Positions 12,641 to 22,119 of a DNA stretch of 64,000 bases are shown here, one piece after another. The DNA comes from Amphiscolops sp. MND2022 (lineage: Eukaryota). Within the stretch, counting starts at the first letter, position 1. Every line of letters starts with the position of its first letter. A program made the position numbers and the translations under genes. The DNA is taken from positions 70,434,001 to 70,498,000 of the forward strand of contig OZ076409.1 of the NCBI GenBank assembly GCA_964187785.1, given 5' to 3'. The notes beneath the pieces are model-generated. The model searched no databases. It had not been told where the DNA came from and saw only the letters and a program-made list of their open reading frames with translations.

Positions 12641-14053
12641 ATGGAGAGCAATCATTGTGGTAAAGGTCCAGGGTTCGCCACCCCGAATGATGCAACTAAA
12701 GCGCCCATGGAAAAGCTGGTTTACTTTCCCTGTATTCCAGTTGACAAGCGGAAACCCAATTATTTGGCAACTGTTGATGTCGACCCAGAGTCTTGTACAT
12801 ACAGTCAAGTGATCAGTCGAGCTGAAATCCCTTGCTCTGAGGTGGATGAGCTCCACCACAGTGGCTGGAACTCATGTAGCAGCTGCCATGATGATGCCAC
12901 TCAGAAAAGAAGTTACCTAATTCTGCCTTCTATTACGTCAGCAAAGGTTTTTGTGTTTGATGTCGGAACCAACCCTTTGAACCCCAAATTGCATCACATT
13001 GTTCAAGAAGAAGAAGTTTTGGAAAAGACAGACACGAGCTACTTGCATACTGCTCATTGTCTTGCCGATGGAAACATCATGATCAGTGGGATGGGCGATG
13101 CGAAAGGGTCGCCTAAAGGAAGTTTTGTGCTATTGGATGGAACAACATTCCAAGTTAAAGGAACTTGGCAAAAGAGTGGAACTGAAACTGCTTTTGGTTA
13201 CGACTTCTGGTACCAACCTCGCCATAATGTTATGGTAAGCTCTGAGTGGGGATCCCCACATGCGTTTTGCTCTGGTTTCAATCCGGTGCAAGTCGAGGAA
13301 GGAAAGTATGGTAATAAACTACACATCTGGGAATGGGATAGTCATGAGTATGTCAAGAGCTTAGATCTTGGACCTGAAGGCCTCATTCCGCTGGAAGTTC
13401 GATTTCTACATGAACCATCTGCTAATGTTGGATTTGTGGGCTGCGCTTTGAGCAGCACAGTTTTTAGAATATACCAGGATGACTTGAAAGAATGGCAAGC
13501 CGAGAAAGTAATCCAGGTTCCCCCTGTGGAAGTCGAAGGCTGGGCTTTGCCTCACATGCCTGCTCTTATAACTGATATTCTCATATCAATGGATGACAAG
13601 TTTCTGTATTTCAGCAATTGGCTACAAGGCGACATACGGCAGTATGACATCACGGACACTAGAAACCCTAAATTAGTGGGTCAAGTTTTCATCAGTGGAA
13701 GCCTAGTCCAAGAAGGAAATGTCAAAGTGAAAAGCGGAGATTACAAACAGCCCAAAGCTCTGGTCCTACAAGGCAAGCAGGTGCACGGGGGACCACAGAT
13801 GATTCAGTTGAGTCTCGACGGGAAAAGATTGTATGTAACAACTTCCCTCTTCAGTGCATGGGACAAGCAGTTCTACCCCGACATGTATGAGAAGGGATCC
13901 TTTTTTATTCAAGTTGATGTAGACACCGAGCAAGGCGGGTTGAAAGTGAACGAAAAGTTTGGCGTTGATTTGGGCGATGAGCCTCATGGACCTGCACTGG
14001 CTCATGAAGTGAGATACCCAGGCGGAGACTGTTCGTCTGATATTTGGCTCTAG
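12641..14053 (+). CDS. SELENBP1: Selenium-binding protein 1 / methanethiol oxidase (SBP56 family), 470 aa, single coding exon
   Basis: Uninterrupted ORF. The ATG at 12641 gives [15 protein letters not shown], matching the family N-terminus. Conserved motifs include [65 protein letters not shown] and the terminal [12 protein letters not shown]. Confidence 0.96.
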   Translation: MESNHCGKGPGFATPNDATKAPMEKLVYFPCIPVDKRKPNYLATVDVDPESCTYSQVISRAEIPCSEVDELHHSGWNSCSSCHDDATQKRSYLILPSITSAKVFVFDVGTNPLNPKLHHIVQEEEVLEKTDTSYLHTAHCLADGNIMISGMGDAKGSPKGSFVLLDGTTFQVKGTWQKSGTETAFGYDFWYQPRHNVMVSSEWGSPHAFCSGFNPVQVEEGKYGNKLHIWEWDSHEYVKSLDLGPEGLIPLEVRFLHEPSANVGFVGCALSSTVFRIYQDDLKEWQAEKVIQVPPVEVEGWALPHMPALITDILISMDDKFLYFSNWLQGDIRQYDITDTRNPKLVGQVFISGSLVQEGNVKVKSGDYKQPKALVLQGKQVHGGPQMIQLSLDGKRLYVTTSLFSAWDKQFYPDMYEKGSFFIQVDVDTEQGGLKVNEKFGVDLGDEPHGPALAHEVRYPGGDCSSDIWL

Positions 14054-14677
14054 ACTAACTGACTAGCAATCAAATCTTCTATCACCTATTTGTACATCAA
14101 TTGGAGAAATTTTCCGTGTGCTCTTGATAGCAAAAAAATGTTTCGGACGAAACTTTTTCACTTGAGTTTTCAAATCTCTGAAATTGTTCGATACAAACGT
14201 TTCCTGGAAGTTTGTTTGCCTAGTGTGCGTGCATTCGTACTTGTTTGAAAATGCTACGATTAAAATTTAGCCAAAATCAGGAAAGCGATTTTCATGAATT
14301 ACCTCAAAGTTTTGACTTGAAAACTCAAATTTTTCTGTTAGGTGCTAAAATCTTCCTGATGATATCAAAAACATGAGTACAACATTTTCCCTGTTATTAA
14401 ATGTTTCATGAATGAAGATTCGGTATGAACTTCTTCGACTACAGATTGATAATTTGCAAGTTAGTTTTAAGCACTAGTTTTTACAAGCTAGAGTTTTGAT
14501 TCTAGAAGTTTGCAGAAACTCAATGACACTCTAATTAGACTAGCAATAAACTTGTAATTGAACGATGTTTGTGGGTACGTGGTATTCTCAAGTATTAGAC
14601 AATATATTTTTTGTCTAGGGCATTTTACCTCTGCTGTATAGATTGCTGTATAATTCTGATACATTGTAAATTCAATG

Positions 14678-15211
14678 TTTTTAGTCGGCGCATTTGGTAG
14701 AAAATGGGCCCGACTCTTACAGTGGGTAGTTTTTTAGATGCGTAAGGTCCACTTTCTTGTGCATTTGTTCAGCAACATCGACTTGAACTACGAACGTCCA
14801 AAACATACTCGAAACGTCAGAACCTCGTCCAAAACAAAAACATCGACGTCCCGAAAACGGAAAACATTTTAAGGATCCCCCCTTCGGTTTTTTTCACTCG
14901 GATTTTTTTCGGCACTATGCGACTTTTTTGGATTCTCCCTTTCGTATGTTTCGATATTTTGCAACACAATGGATGTCAAAAATTCCCAACGGGCCCCATT
15001 TTACATTTTTCGACACTGTGAAACTGTTCAAAAATCTCGTTTTGAAAATTTTTTTCGGAAATTTTTTAAAATCTCCCTAGGGCCCCCTTCATTTTTTCCA
15101 CATTTTTGCAACAAACTGGAGTTCCAAAGAGTCCCCCTGTTTACTATTTTAAAAACGTTGCGCATTTTGAGCCATAGATATAGCGCCAACTTTGGCCGTT
15201 CCCGGCTTGTT
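14678..15211 (+). mobile_element. Full-length Helentron/HINE-like non-autonomous element
   Basis: 5' end TTTTT-AGTCGGCGC; 3' sub-terminal inverted copy GCGCCAACT, then hairpin GCCG-TTCC-CGGC and TTGTT. No TSD. Confidence 0.7.
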
Positions 15212-16778
15212 AGTCGTTGCTTTTTGTAACAAAAAGTACGCGATTTTACATAGGCGAGTAATTTTGGAAGACCACAGACCTCACATTGAATGGTGCAGTT
15301 TTTTCAGATTTTACACCTAAGTTCTATTCTTTGACTTTTTTAAATAGTATTTACCGTATCCGGAACTCTTCGAGTCCAAAGGGATCCATTAGGAGTTTTT
15401 TCTGGGCATTATGCGACTTCTAAAAGTATTTCAACAAATGAGCTGTTTCTGTGCTGGAAAGGCCCCTTTGGATATTTTCGGCACCACTCTTATGTTTGAG
15501 AGTTTTTCCTCGAAGAATGTCGAGCTGAGTTTAGAAATTTTGGTTCACAGGAACTTGTCTTAGCGTGATTTTACTTTTCAATTGTTTCCCTTAGCTACTG
15601 AACGTAAATATAGAACAATATGCGCTGTGGTACTGCGATATTTTTCGTATATTCTGCTAACAGTCCTTTAGAAGAATGACACCTAACCTCGATTGTTTGG
15701 CAAAGAAGTATCGAAATATTAGAACAAAATGTCACCTTATCTTGAAACTACTTCATGCACTTATTCATGTAGAGTTCTGGAATGTCATTACAAAAAACCC
15801 TTCGCGTGGCTTTCGACGTCGCAAAATCCAAAAAAAAATACGATTAACGTCAATAATTCGGATATAGAGCGTTTTTATTGCTGTTATATGAGAGAACTGT
15901 TTAAATAATGCTCAAGTTCCACTCTGACCACAGTCGACCCACGCACTCATCCTGGCAAAATGTGAAATGATTCGAATATGACGTCAAAAATTTAAAATCA
16001 GCGCGTTGTTATCATTACATACGTTTGTAAACTGTAACTTTGTCGTACAATGTCGAAAAAAAACGCAAAGCGCGATCTTTATAAGCTGAAGAAGCCTGAA
16101 TTTTCTAACAAAAAATCGAGAATCGAAGGGCCCCAGGGAAATTTAATTGAACCTATGGAAATAACGAACACATTTTTCTTTAGAAACAAAAAGTCAAGAG
16201 GGAGAAGAAATAAATTCTTGAAATGCGTACAGTGTCCAAAAACTCAGAGAAGGGTTTTGGTCTCAGTCAGTTTTTCGAATTATTCAAAAATCGCAAGAAT
16301 CAAGGAGTTTTTTGGATGTACTTAAGATTTTAGGCAAACTCGAAAATTGTGTTTTTTTTATTCTTCGAAAAACCCTCATGCTTTCGACGGTAGAACGCAT
16401 CGTTTCTACAGAAAACAAGCCGTGAACTTGCACAGTGCCGAAAATCTCCGAAGGTCGGACCCTCTGGTCTTCCCTCTACCTTAGCAAACATGAAAAAAAA
16501 ATGGTCTAGCACAGGACTTGAATCCATGTACTCCTGCTTCCTATACCAAGTTTAGCGGCCGTTCAGCTCTATTCGAAATTTAAGGAACCAAAATTTCATT
16601 CACAATGCAAGTAATAATATTCCCTCAAAGAATTAAAGACTATGTGTATCCTCGACGTCTCCTGGTGCTGCCACAGTCGAAAAAAGTTTTCTCGGCAAGC
16701 GGATTAATCCTGAAAGCTCGACGAAATCAACTCGACTTGAGACTATTGAAAGTTTGACATACCATATTTCTCGAAACA

Positions 16779-17110
16779 CTTTTTAGTCGGCGCTTTTCTT
16801 AAAAGAGTCAACTATAGTCATGGCTTTTCGTCAGTGTTTTTTAAAGACCACCTGAAGTGACCAAAATAGGTCTACCAAAAGTTCTACAAAATTTTCAGAA
16901 GACGCCAAATTGTACCCGTTGGCCCCAGGAACTGAACCAAAAAGGTTTCCTGCGTAACATACAATACCCTTTAGTCCCTCTTTAGATTTTTTTCGGCACT
17001 GCGACTTCGATTTTGTTTGGAGTTTTGCAACAGAATCGATGTTGAAAAATCCCAAAGGGTCCTCCGTTTCGGTTTTATTCGGCATTGTGAGACTTTTTTT
17101 CAAAAATTTT
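16779..17110 (+). mobile_element. 5' part of a Helentron/HINE-like family copy
   Basis: Starts TTTTTAGTCGGCGC and carries the family's TTCGGCA(C/T)TG(C/T)GA internal motifs. Another 5' end is at about 11422. The 3' boundary is approximate. Confidence 0.55.
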
Positions 17111-17671
17111 TTCGCGGCAAAAGTACAATTTTTGAAACAATAATTTTGAAGCCGAATGATCCGAAGCCCCATTAATTTCTTTTCCTTCAATTCTAATTAT
17201 TATGAGTTTGAGAATCAAAGAATATGTATCCATTAAATGCCAATAATTCCATGTATATTTAATTTTTAGGAACATTGGGTTAGATCTCCAACCGAATTAT
17301 TTCGTAGATTAAATTTTGAATAATTTGGGGTTGCAACCAATCCTACCAAAACAGCGTGTGAAATTTCGTCTCCCCGTTTGTATCTAGGAAGTAAGATCTT
17401 GAGCCTGTTATCTCGACATGGTCGTAGGACATACGATCAATACGCTGACTGCCGCGAGTAATTCTATTGTTTCCATAAAAGTAGTTGAATTAATTTTTGA
17501 CAGCAACTCGAAGTACTCGGCGTTCCAAAGCAGGTTCTGGATCCTTCGAAAAAACGCCCCCTGAAGTGTGAGCATGTGACTTTGCTGTTCCGATTCCACA
17601 GTTCTTTGATCGCTTCGTCAAAATGAACTTCGTTCAAAATGAGCACTGCGTCAGATGTTTACAGCTTTAAC

Positions 17672-18004
17672 CAGGGTTTTGACATCGCTAATTTTTTCCG
17701 CTAATCGCTAAACCGCTAATTTGAAAATCGCTATTTTCTGCAAACTATTAAATGTTCAGTTCAAGTATGTTTCAAAATAATTTATCCGGTTTTTGGAAGG
17801 AAAAAAGACTAGAATTGTTTGTACTGTGCGAGTTTTACAAGGGTAAGAGTTGGAATTTTTCCAAAATTAATTTTGAAACACCGTCTATACCGAGAAGAAA
17901 TTTTGAATTTGGACAATCTGTTAGTTACCGCTAATGAAATCGCTGAAAAATTTCTGTGCGGCCGCTAGTTCACTAAATTGCTGATTAACGGTGTCAAAAC
18001 TCTG
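17672..18004. mobile_element. hAT-superfamily MITE (333 bp)
   Basis: TIRs CAGGGTTTTGACATCG / CGGTGTCAAAACTCTG (14/16 match). Exact 8-bp TSD GCTTTAAC at 17664-17671 and 18005-18012. Sub-terminal CGCTA repeats. Confidence 0.9.
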
Positions 18005-18036
18005 GCTTTAACAGATTACATTTTGCTCTACCTCTA

Positions 18037-19902
18037 CAGTAGACTCGCGATTATCCGAACACTACTTCGAGTGGATAGGTTACCTTGACCTGTTCGGATA
18101 ATCGAATCGGAAAAATTTCAATTGGGAAATGTACAAAATGATCAATTGAAAGAATCAGTCATGTTTTCTGTTCAACAACAACTCAGATAGTTCTTTGAGG
18201 CTTCTCAAAACACTTGTATTGTATACAGTTGCCTCAGGTTGCTCTTCTAGCCATTGCATAGCTCTCGTAATACAATCAAATGCTGCTGAATGGGTCGCAG
18301 AACTACGAATCAATGATTCATCTTCCAATACTTGTATTTCTTCCTCAGATTCAGATGTTTTTAGTCGGCGCCTTCTCGCTTGAAAAAAAGCCCGACTATT
18401 ACAGTGGGTAGTTTTTTCAGCCTACAATCTCACTCTGAATGGTCCATTTTTCTTACAATCTTACAAGTTTTACAATTCTTAATTAGCTTACGAAGTGTAT
18501 TTTTACATCATCTAAGAAACTCGACGGGGCCAAAGGGTATTTTCGGCTCTGTGAGACTTTTTTTCGAAAAAAATTCTCACCAAAGGGTCCCCCTTCAATT
18601 TTTTGATATTGACACAATGGATGTTGAAAAATCCAAAGGGTCCCCTTTCAGTTTTTTTTCGGCATTGTGAGACTTTTTTCCCAAATTATTTTTTTCATAA
18701 AAGGATCCCCAGTTCACCAATACTTTGACATTTTAAAGTCTTTTGCTATTTTTGGGCCTTAGATATGGCGCCGACTTGGGCCGTTCCCGGCTTGTTTCTT
18801 CATGCAAAGAAGGAAACTGATTCGAAGATTTGCTCATCTGATTCAATTTTATGCCCACAATCATTGAAATCTTCTTGATGCCAGTTGTTAACTTCCTCTC
18901 CGAAGTCTTCCCTAGGAGCTAGAGCCTCTAAAATATCGGAAATATGGAGAATATTGCAATCATCTTTTGTCAGCTCAACGTCGTCATTTGACCTATAAAA
19001 TTTTATTCCATGCACGTTCGAGGGTGACAGATGATACAGCCTCCCGACATTCGGGAATCATGTTGCAAATTTTTTGCAGATCTACTCTTCTCATAAATCT
19101 TTCGTAGCCCTAGATTTTCGTAATCCTTGATTTTTTACAGTCTCTTTAGGGTTTCAATGATACCCTCATTGTATCATATGATTACCCTTTTGTAGTCCTA
19201 GATTTTTTATAGTCTTTTTAGGGTTTCAATGATACCCTGATCCATTGGTTGAAAAAGGGAGGTTACATTTGGAGGGAAAAATTGGATTTTTGGGTTTTGA
19301 GTTCTTCGGCATTTGGATTAGCTGCACAATTATCGAACAATAAAAACTGCTTTTTGACTTGCCTCCCCAATCTCTGGTAAATTTTTGGACACGTAGAGAA
19401 TGAAGTTTTCAGAATACCATTCCATGAATATAGAAGTAACCATCCATGCTTTATTTTGATGATAGTATTCAACATTTAGTTTTCTTCCGTTTTTGAATGC
19501 TCTTGGATTATTATACTTTCCAATTCGCAGCAGCGGTAACTGTATACTACCGGAAGCATTTGCACAAACCCCAATCGTAATTCGTTCGTTCGCCTTCTTC
19601 CTTCCTGGAACTGACGATTTTGACAAGGCATAGGTCCTGGTATGAAGCTATCTATAAACCTTCCAGTTTCTGTGTAATTGTCAATGTTTTACGTTTTCGT
19701 TTGTTACATTCCATTTTTGTGTATTACGTGCAAGAAAACAAGAAAAGAATTCAATGAAGAACGATTTTGATCGGTCAATAATGTACAACACTAAATTTAA
19801 TTCCACTATGCACTCATTTACATTTATGTAAACATTGTTTAAACCTCGTTCGCATAATCGAGAGTTCGGATAATCGAGTTTCGGATAATCGCGAGTCTAC
19901 TG
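18037..19902 (-). mobile_element. Defective pogo/Tigger-type DNA transposon
   Basis: Perfect 23-bp TIR CAGTAGACTCGCGATTATCCGAA flanked by TA on both sides. DDE_1-type transposase remnants: KKANERITIGVCANASG..LPLLRIGKYNNPRAFK, QNKAWM...F.EW, LLFDNCAA. It is frameshifted, the N-terminal HTH region is missing, and it carries a nested insertion. Confidence 0.92.
18358..18796 (+). mobile_element. Helentron/HINE-like element nested in the pogo transposase
   Basis: Perfect 10-bp sub-terminal IR AGTCGGCGCC (18363) / GGCGCCGACT (18767), 3' hairpin GCCG-TTCC-CGGC, and T-run ends. Removing it restores the host frame HEETSESEEEIQV with no TSD. Confidence 0.75.
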
Positions 19903-20280
19903 TACATTGATAGTTGTTTTTCAGTGTCAGATCAACCAATTTTCAAATCATTGACACAATTTTTCGACTGGTACCGACTATAGCTGGTTTTACGACACCT
20001 CCATTAGACATATTTTGTCCCTGACTATGTTCAAAAGTACTAGGTACTTCTCAACTTTCTGCGCTTGCTGAAGTTTTGTGGAAGCATTAAATGTGATTTT
20101 TTTCAAGACGACTTCATCATCCTTTTTGTTAGCCAACTTTGGTTGACTGCTCCTAGTCTTTAACTAGTTTGTTCAATTCTAGTAGCAACGAGGCCGTGCT
20201 TTCATTGACATGAACATGTTGACACTGTTCAAAATGTGAAGTTCATTTTTGTGAATCCTTTACGTTAAAATGATCCCCTT

Positions 20281-20340
20281 TTCTCCCCATCTCTCTCCCT
20301 CTCTATCTCTATCAATCCATCTATCTATGTCTCTCTTTCA
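20281..20340. repeat. CT/CTAT-rich low-complexity microsatellite
   Basis: ctccccatctctctccctctctatctctatcaatccatctatctatgtctctct. Confidence 0.7.
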
Positions 20341-20459
20341 TTATATTTCGGGAAAACCGCGGGTTTTTTGCAAACAAAAGCTTCCGAAATACACCAAGAA
20401 CGGCGACGAATTGTTCGAGAAGGCAGTTTTGCCTAAAATACATTTTCTGGCTTATCCCC

Positions 20460-20833
20460 TTCCCTAAACACATTACTTTTTTTTCCAGCGATGGGTTGAT
20501 ACATCGGAAAAAAGTTTTCATTCGCAACGACAAAAGCTCACTGACATTATTCCAGCGATGGGTTGATACAAAGACTCGAAAGCTCCACGGACTGATCAAA
20601 AATGAGATGGATCCACTCGGGCTATCATATAAGGAACTCAATCGCCAATTTATTGAAAATTTACACTCTAATCGATTGTCCACCCATATAAGAAATTTCG
20701 GCAGTCTGAAAACAGAAAGAGAGAAGTGGAATTTCTTTAATGAAGCTCGAAACTCAAAACGAACGAAATCTTAACGAAATTAGTACAGTATGCTGATGAC
20801 ATTTTTCTGTTTGTTTCATCCAAAAACTTTAAT
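20460..20833 (+). pseudogene. Internally deleted LINE ORF2 remnant, ending where the array begins
   Basis: KLVQYADDIFLFVSSKNFNL with the RT catalytic YADD at 20789-20800, preceded by a linker-like segment (EKWNFFNEARNSK). Confidence 0.65.
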
Positions 20834-22119
20834 CTAGGTGGCCGGAAATTTTTTTTTCAGCAAAATCTTTGCCATTGGGGGAGGGGCCCCGGATGGCCAG
20901 TAGTACGGTATAGCTTCCTACCAAATCCAGATGGAAAAAACGTGATTTTGGAAACTAGCCGTCAGAATTTGCTCAAATTTTGCATACGGCTTCCTATGAC
21001 AATCCTAAGAACTAATCCCTACTGGCATTTTGCCCAAAAAACGCAAAAAGTTGGTCAAAATCTTAGTTTTTTGGTCAAAAAATGGCGTTTTTTCGAAAAA
21101 AAATTTTTTCAGAGACAATTACTCGTAACTGGTTCACCCAGCGCAAAAACGCCTAGCTGATTTATTGTTGGGCACTTCATGAGGAGTGCGTATACAATTT
21201 TTCGTCGAGATCGGAAAAAAAATGACTAAGTATTAGCCGGAATTCGGACGCATTTTTTCGCAAATTTTTGAAAACCTAGTCTATCTCTGCCGTTTTTTGC
21301 CCAGATTTTTTTCCAGGTCCTCTCCTAAAGGCCTCCCCTGGCCGGTTTACTTCCCAGAAAAACCAACTGGCCCTAAATACGGAGTTTCAGCGTTCTAGCA
21401 TTCCCGGGCGAAAAGATGTGGGACTTAGAAAAAATTCAAAATTTTTCAAAAAATTTTTTTTTCGTTTTCCGGCCCCCCAATGAAGGGGAACGACCCCCCA
21501 ACGAGGATTTTTGGTGAATTCACGTGGAAAGGCCTTGTTTTGTGGAGCAAATTGCCGTTTAGAGCAACTTTTTATCTTAACTTGACGTTGACCTCTGTCG
21601 TTTTGAATTTGATATTAGTATGTGTTGAGCATGTGAAAAATTGATGATTTCAGTTGTTCTCTCGTGTTCAAGCCATTGAGATACAAGCGGTAGTGATCAA
21701 AATGTGATTTATCGCAATTTGATGGTGCTTTTGGTGTATTTTGATTCTTTTAAATAAAAAGTTGTTCTTTATATATTTGGTGTATTGATTCAAATGAACA
21801 AGAAACAGTTGAGTACATTTCATCTCCCCCCTTGTGGGGGAGATGAGGATGTACCCGCTAAATGACACGCACAATGGCCTAATTTTATTTTTATGCGACA
21901 TTTTCTAGGCTTTTGCGCAAGCCCACTAAAATTTAGACTGGTTTCCTTTTCTTTTACTCCAAAATTTTCCGTACTAACCACCTTACGCACCACCAGCTCA
22001 ACGAACATCTGTAACGTCAACGCCACATACTCGCATCAACGCCCACCGTCCGTGGGCATGCCGAGGCATGCCCTTCGACGACGTATGCCAAATAGCGCCA
22101 CAGGGCGCAAACATTCCCG
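20834..22119 (+). mobile_element. Unit U0: divergent 1286-bp member with shared ends and an unrelated interior
   Basis: Starts CTAGGTGGC and shares the terminal module from 22012. It has iso-structural hairpins at 20871-20897 and 21813-21854. I could not align the rest by eye to other units. Confidence 0.75.
22054..22073. promoter_or_regulatory. Palindrome matching a p53-family response element (first of 20 copies, one per complete unit)
   Basis: GGGCATGCCG-AGGCATGCCC is two RRRCWWGYYY half-sites with zero spacer and one mismatch. A units carry AGGCATGCCG-AGGCATGCCT. Function is untested. Confidence 0.5.
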
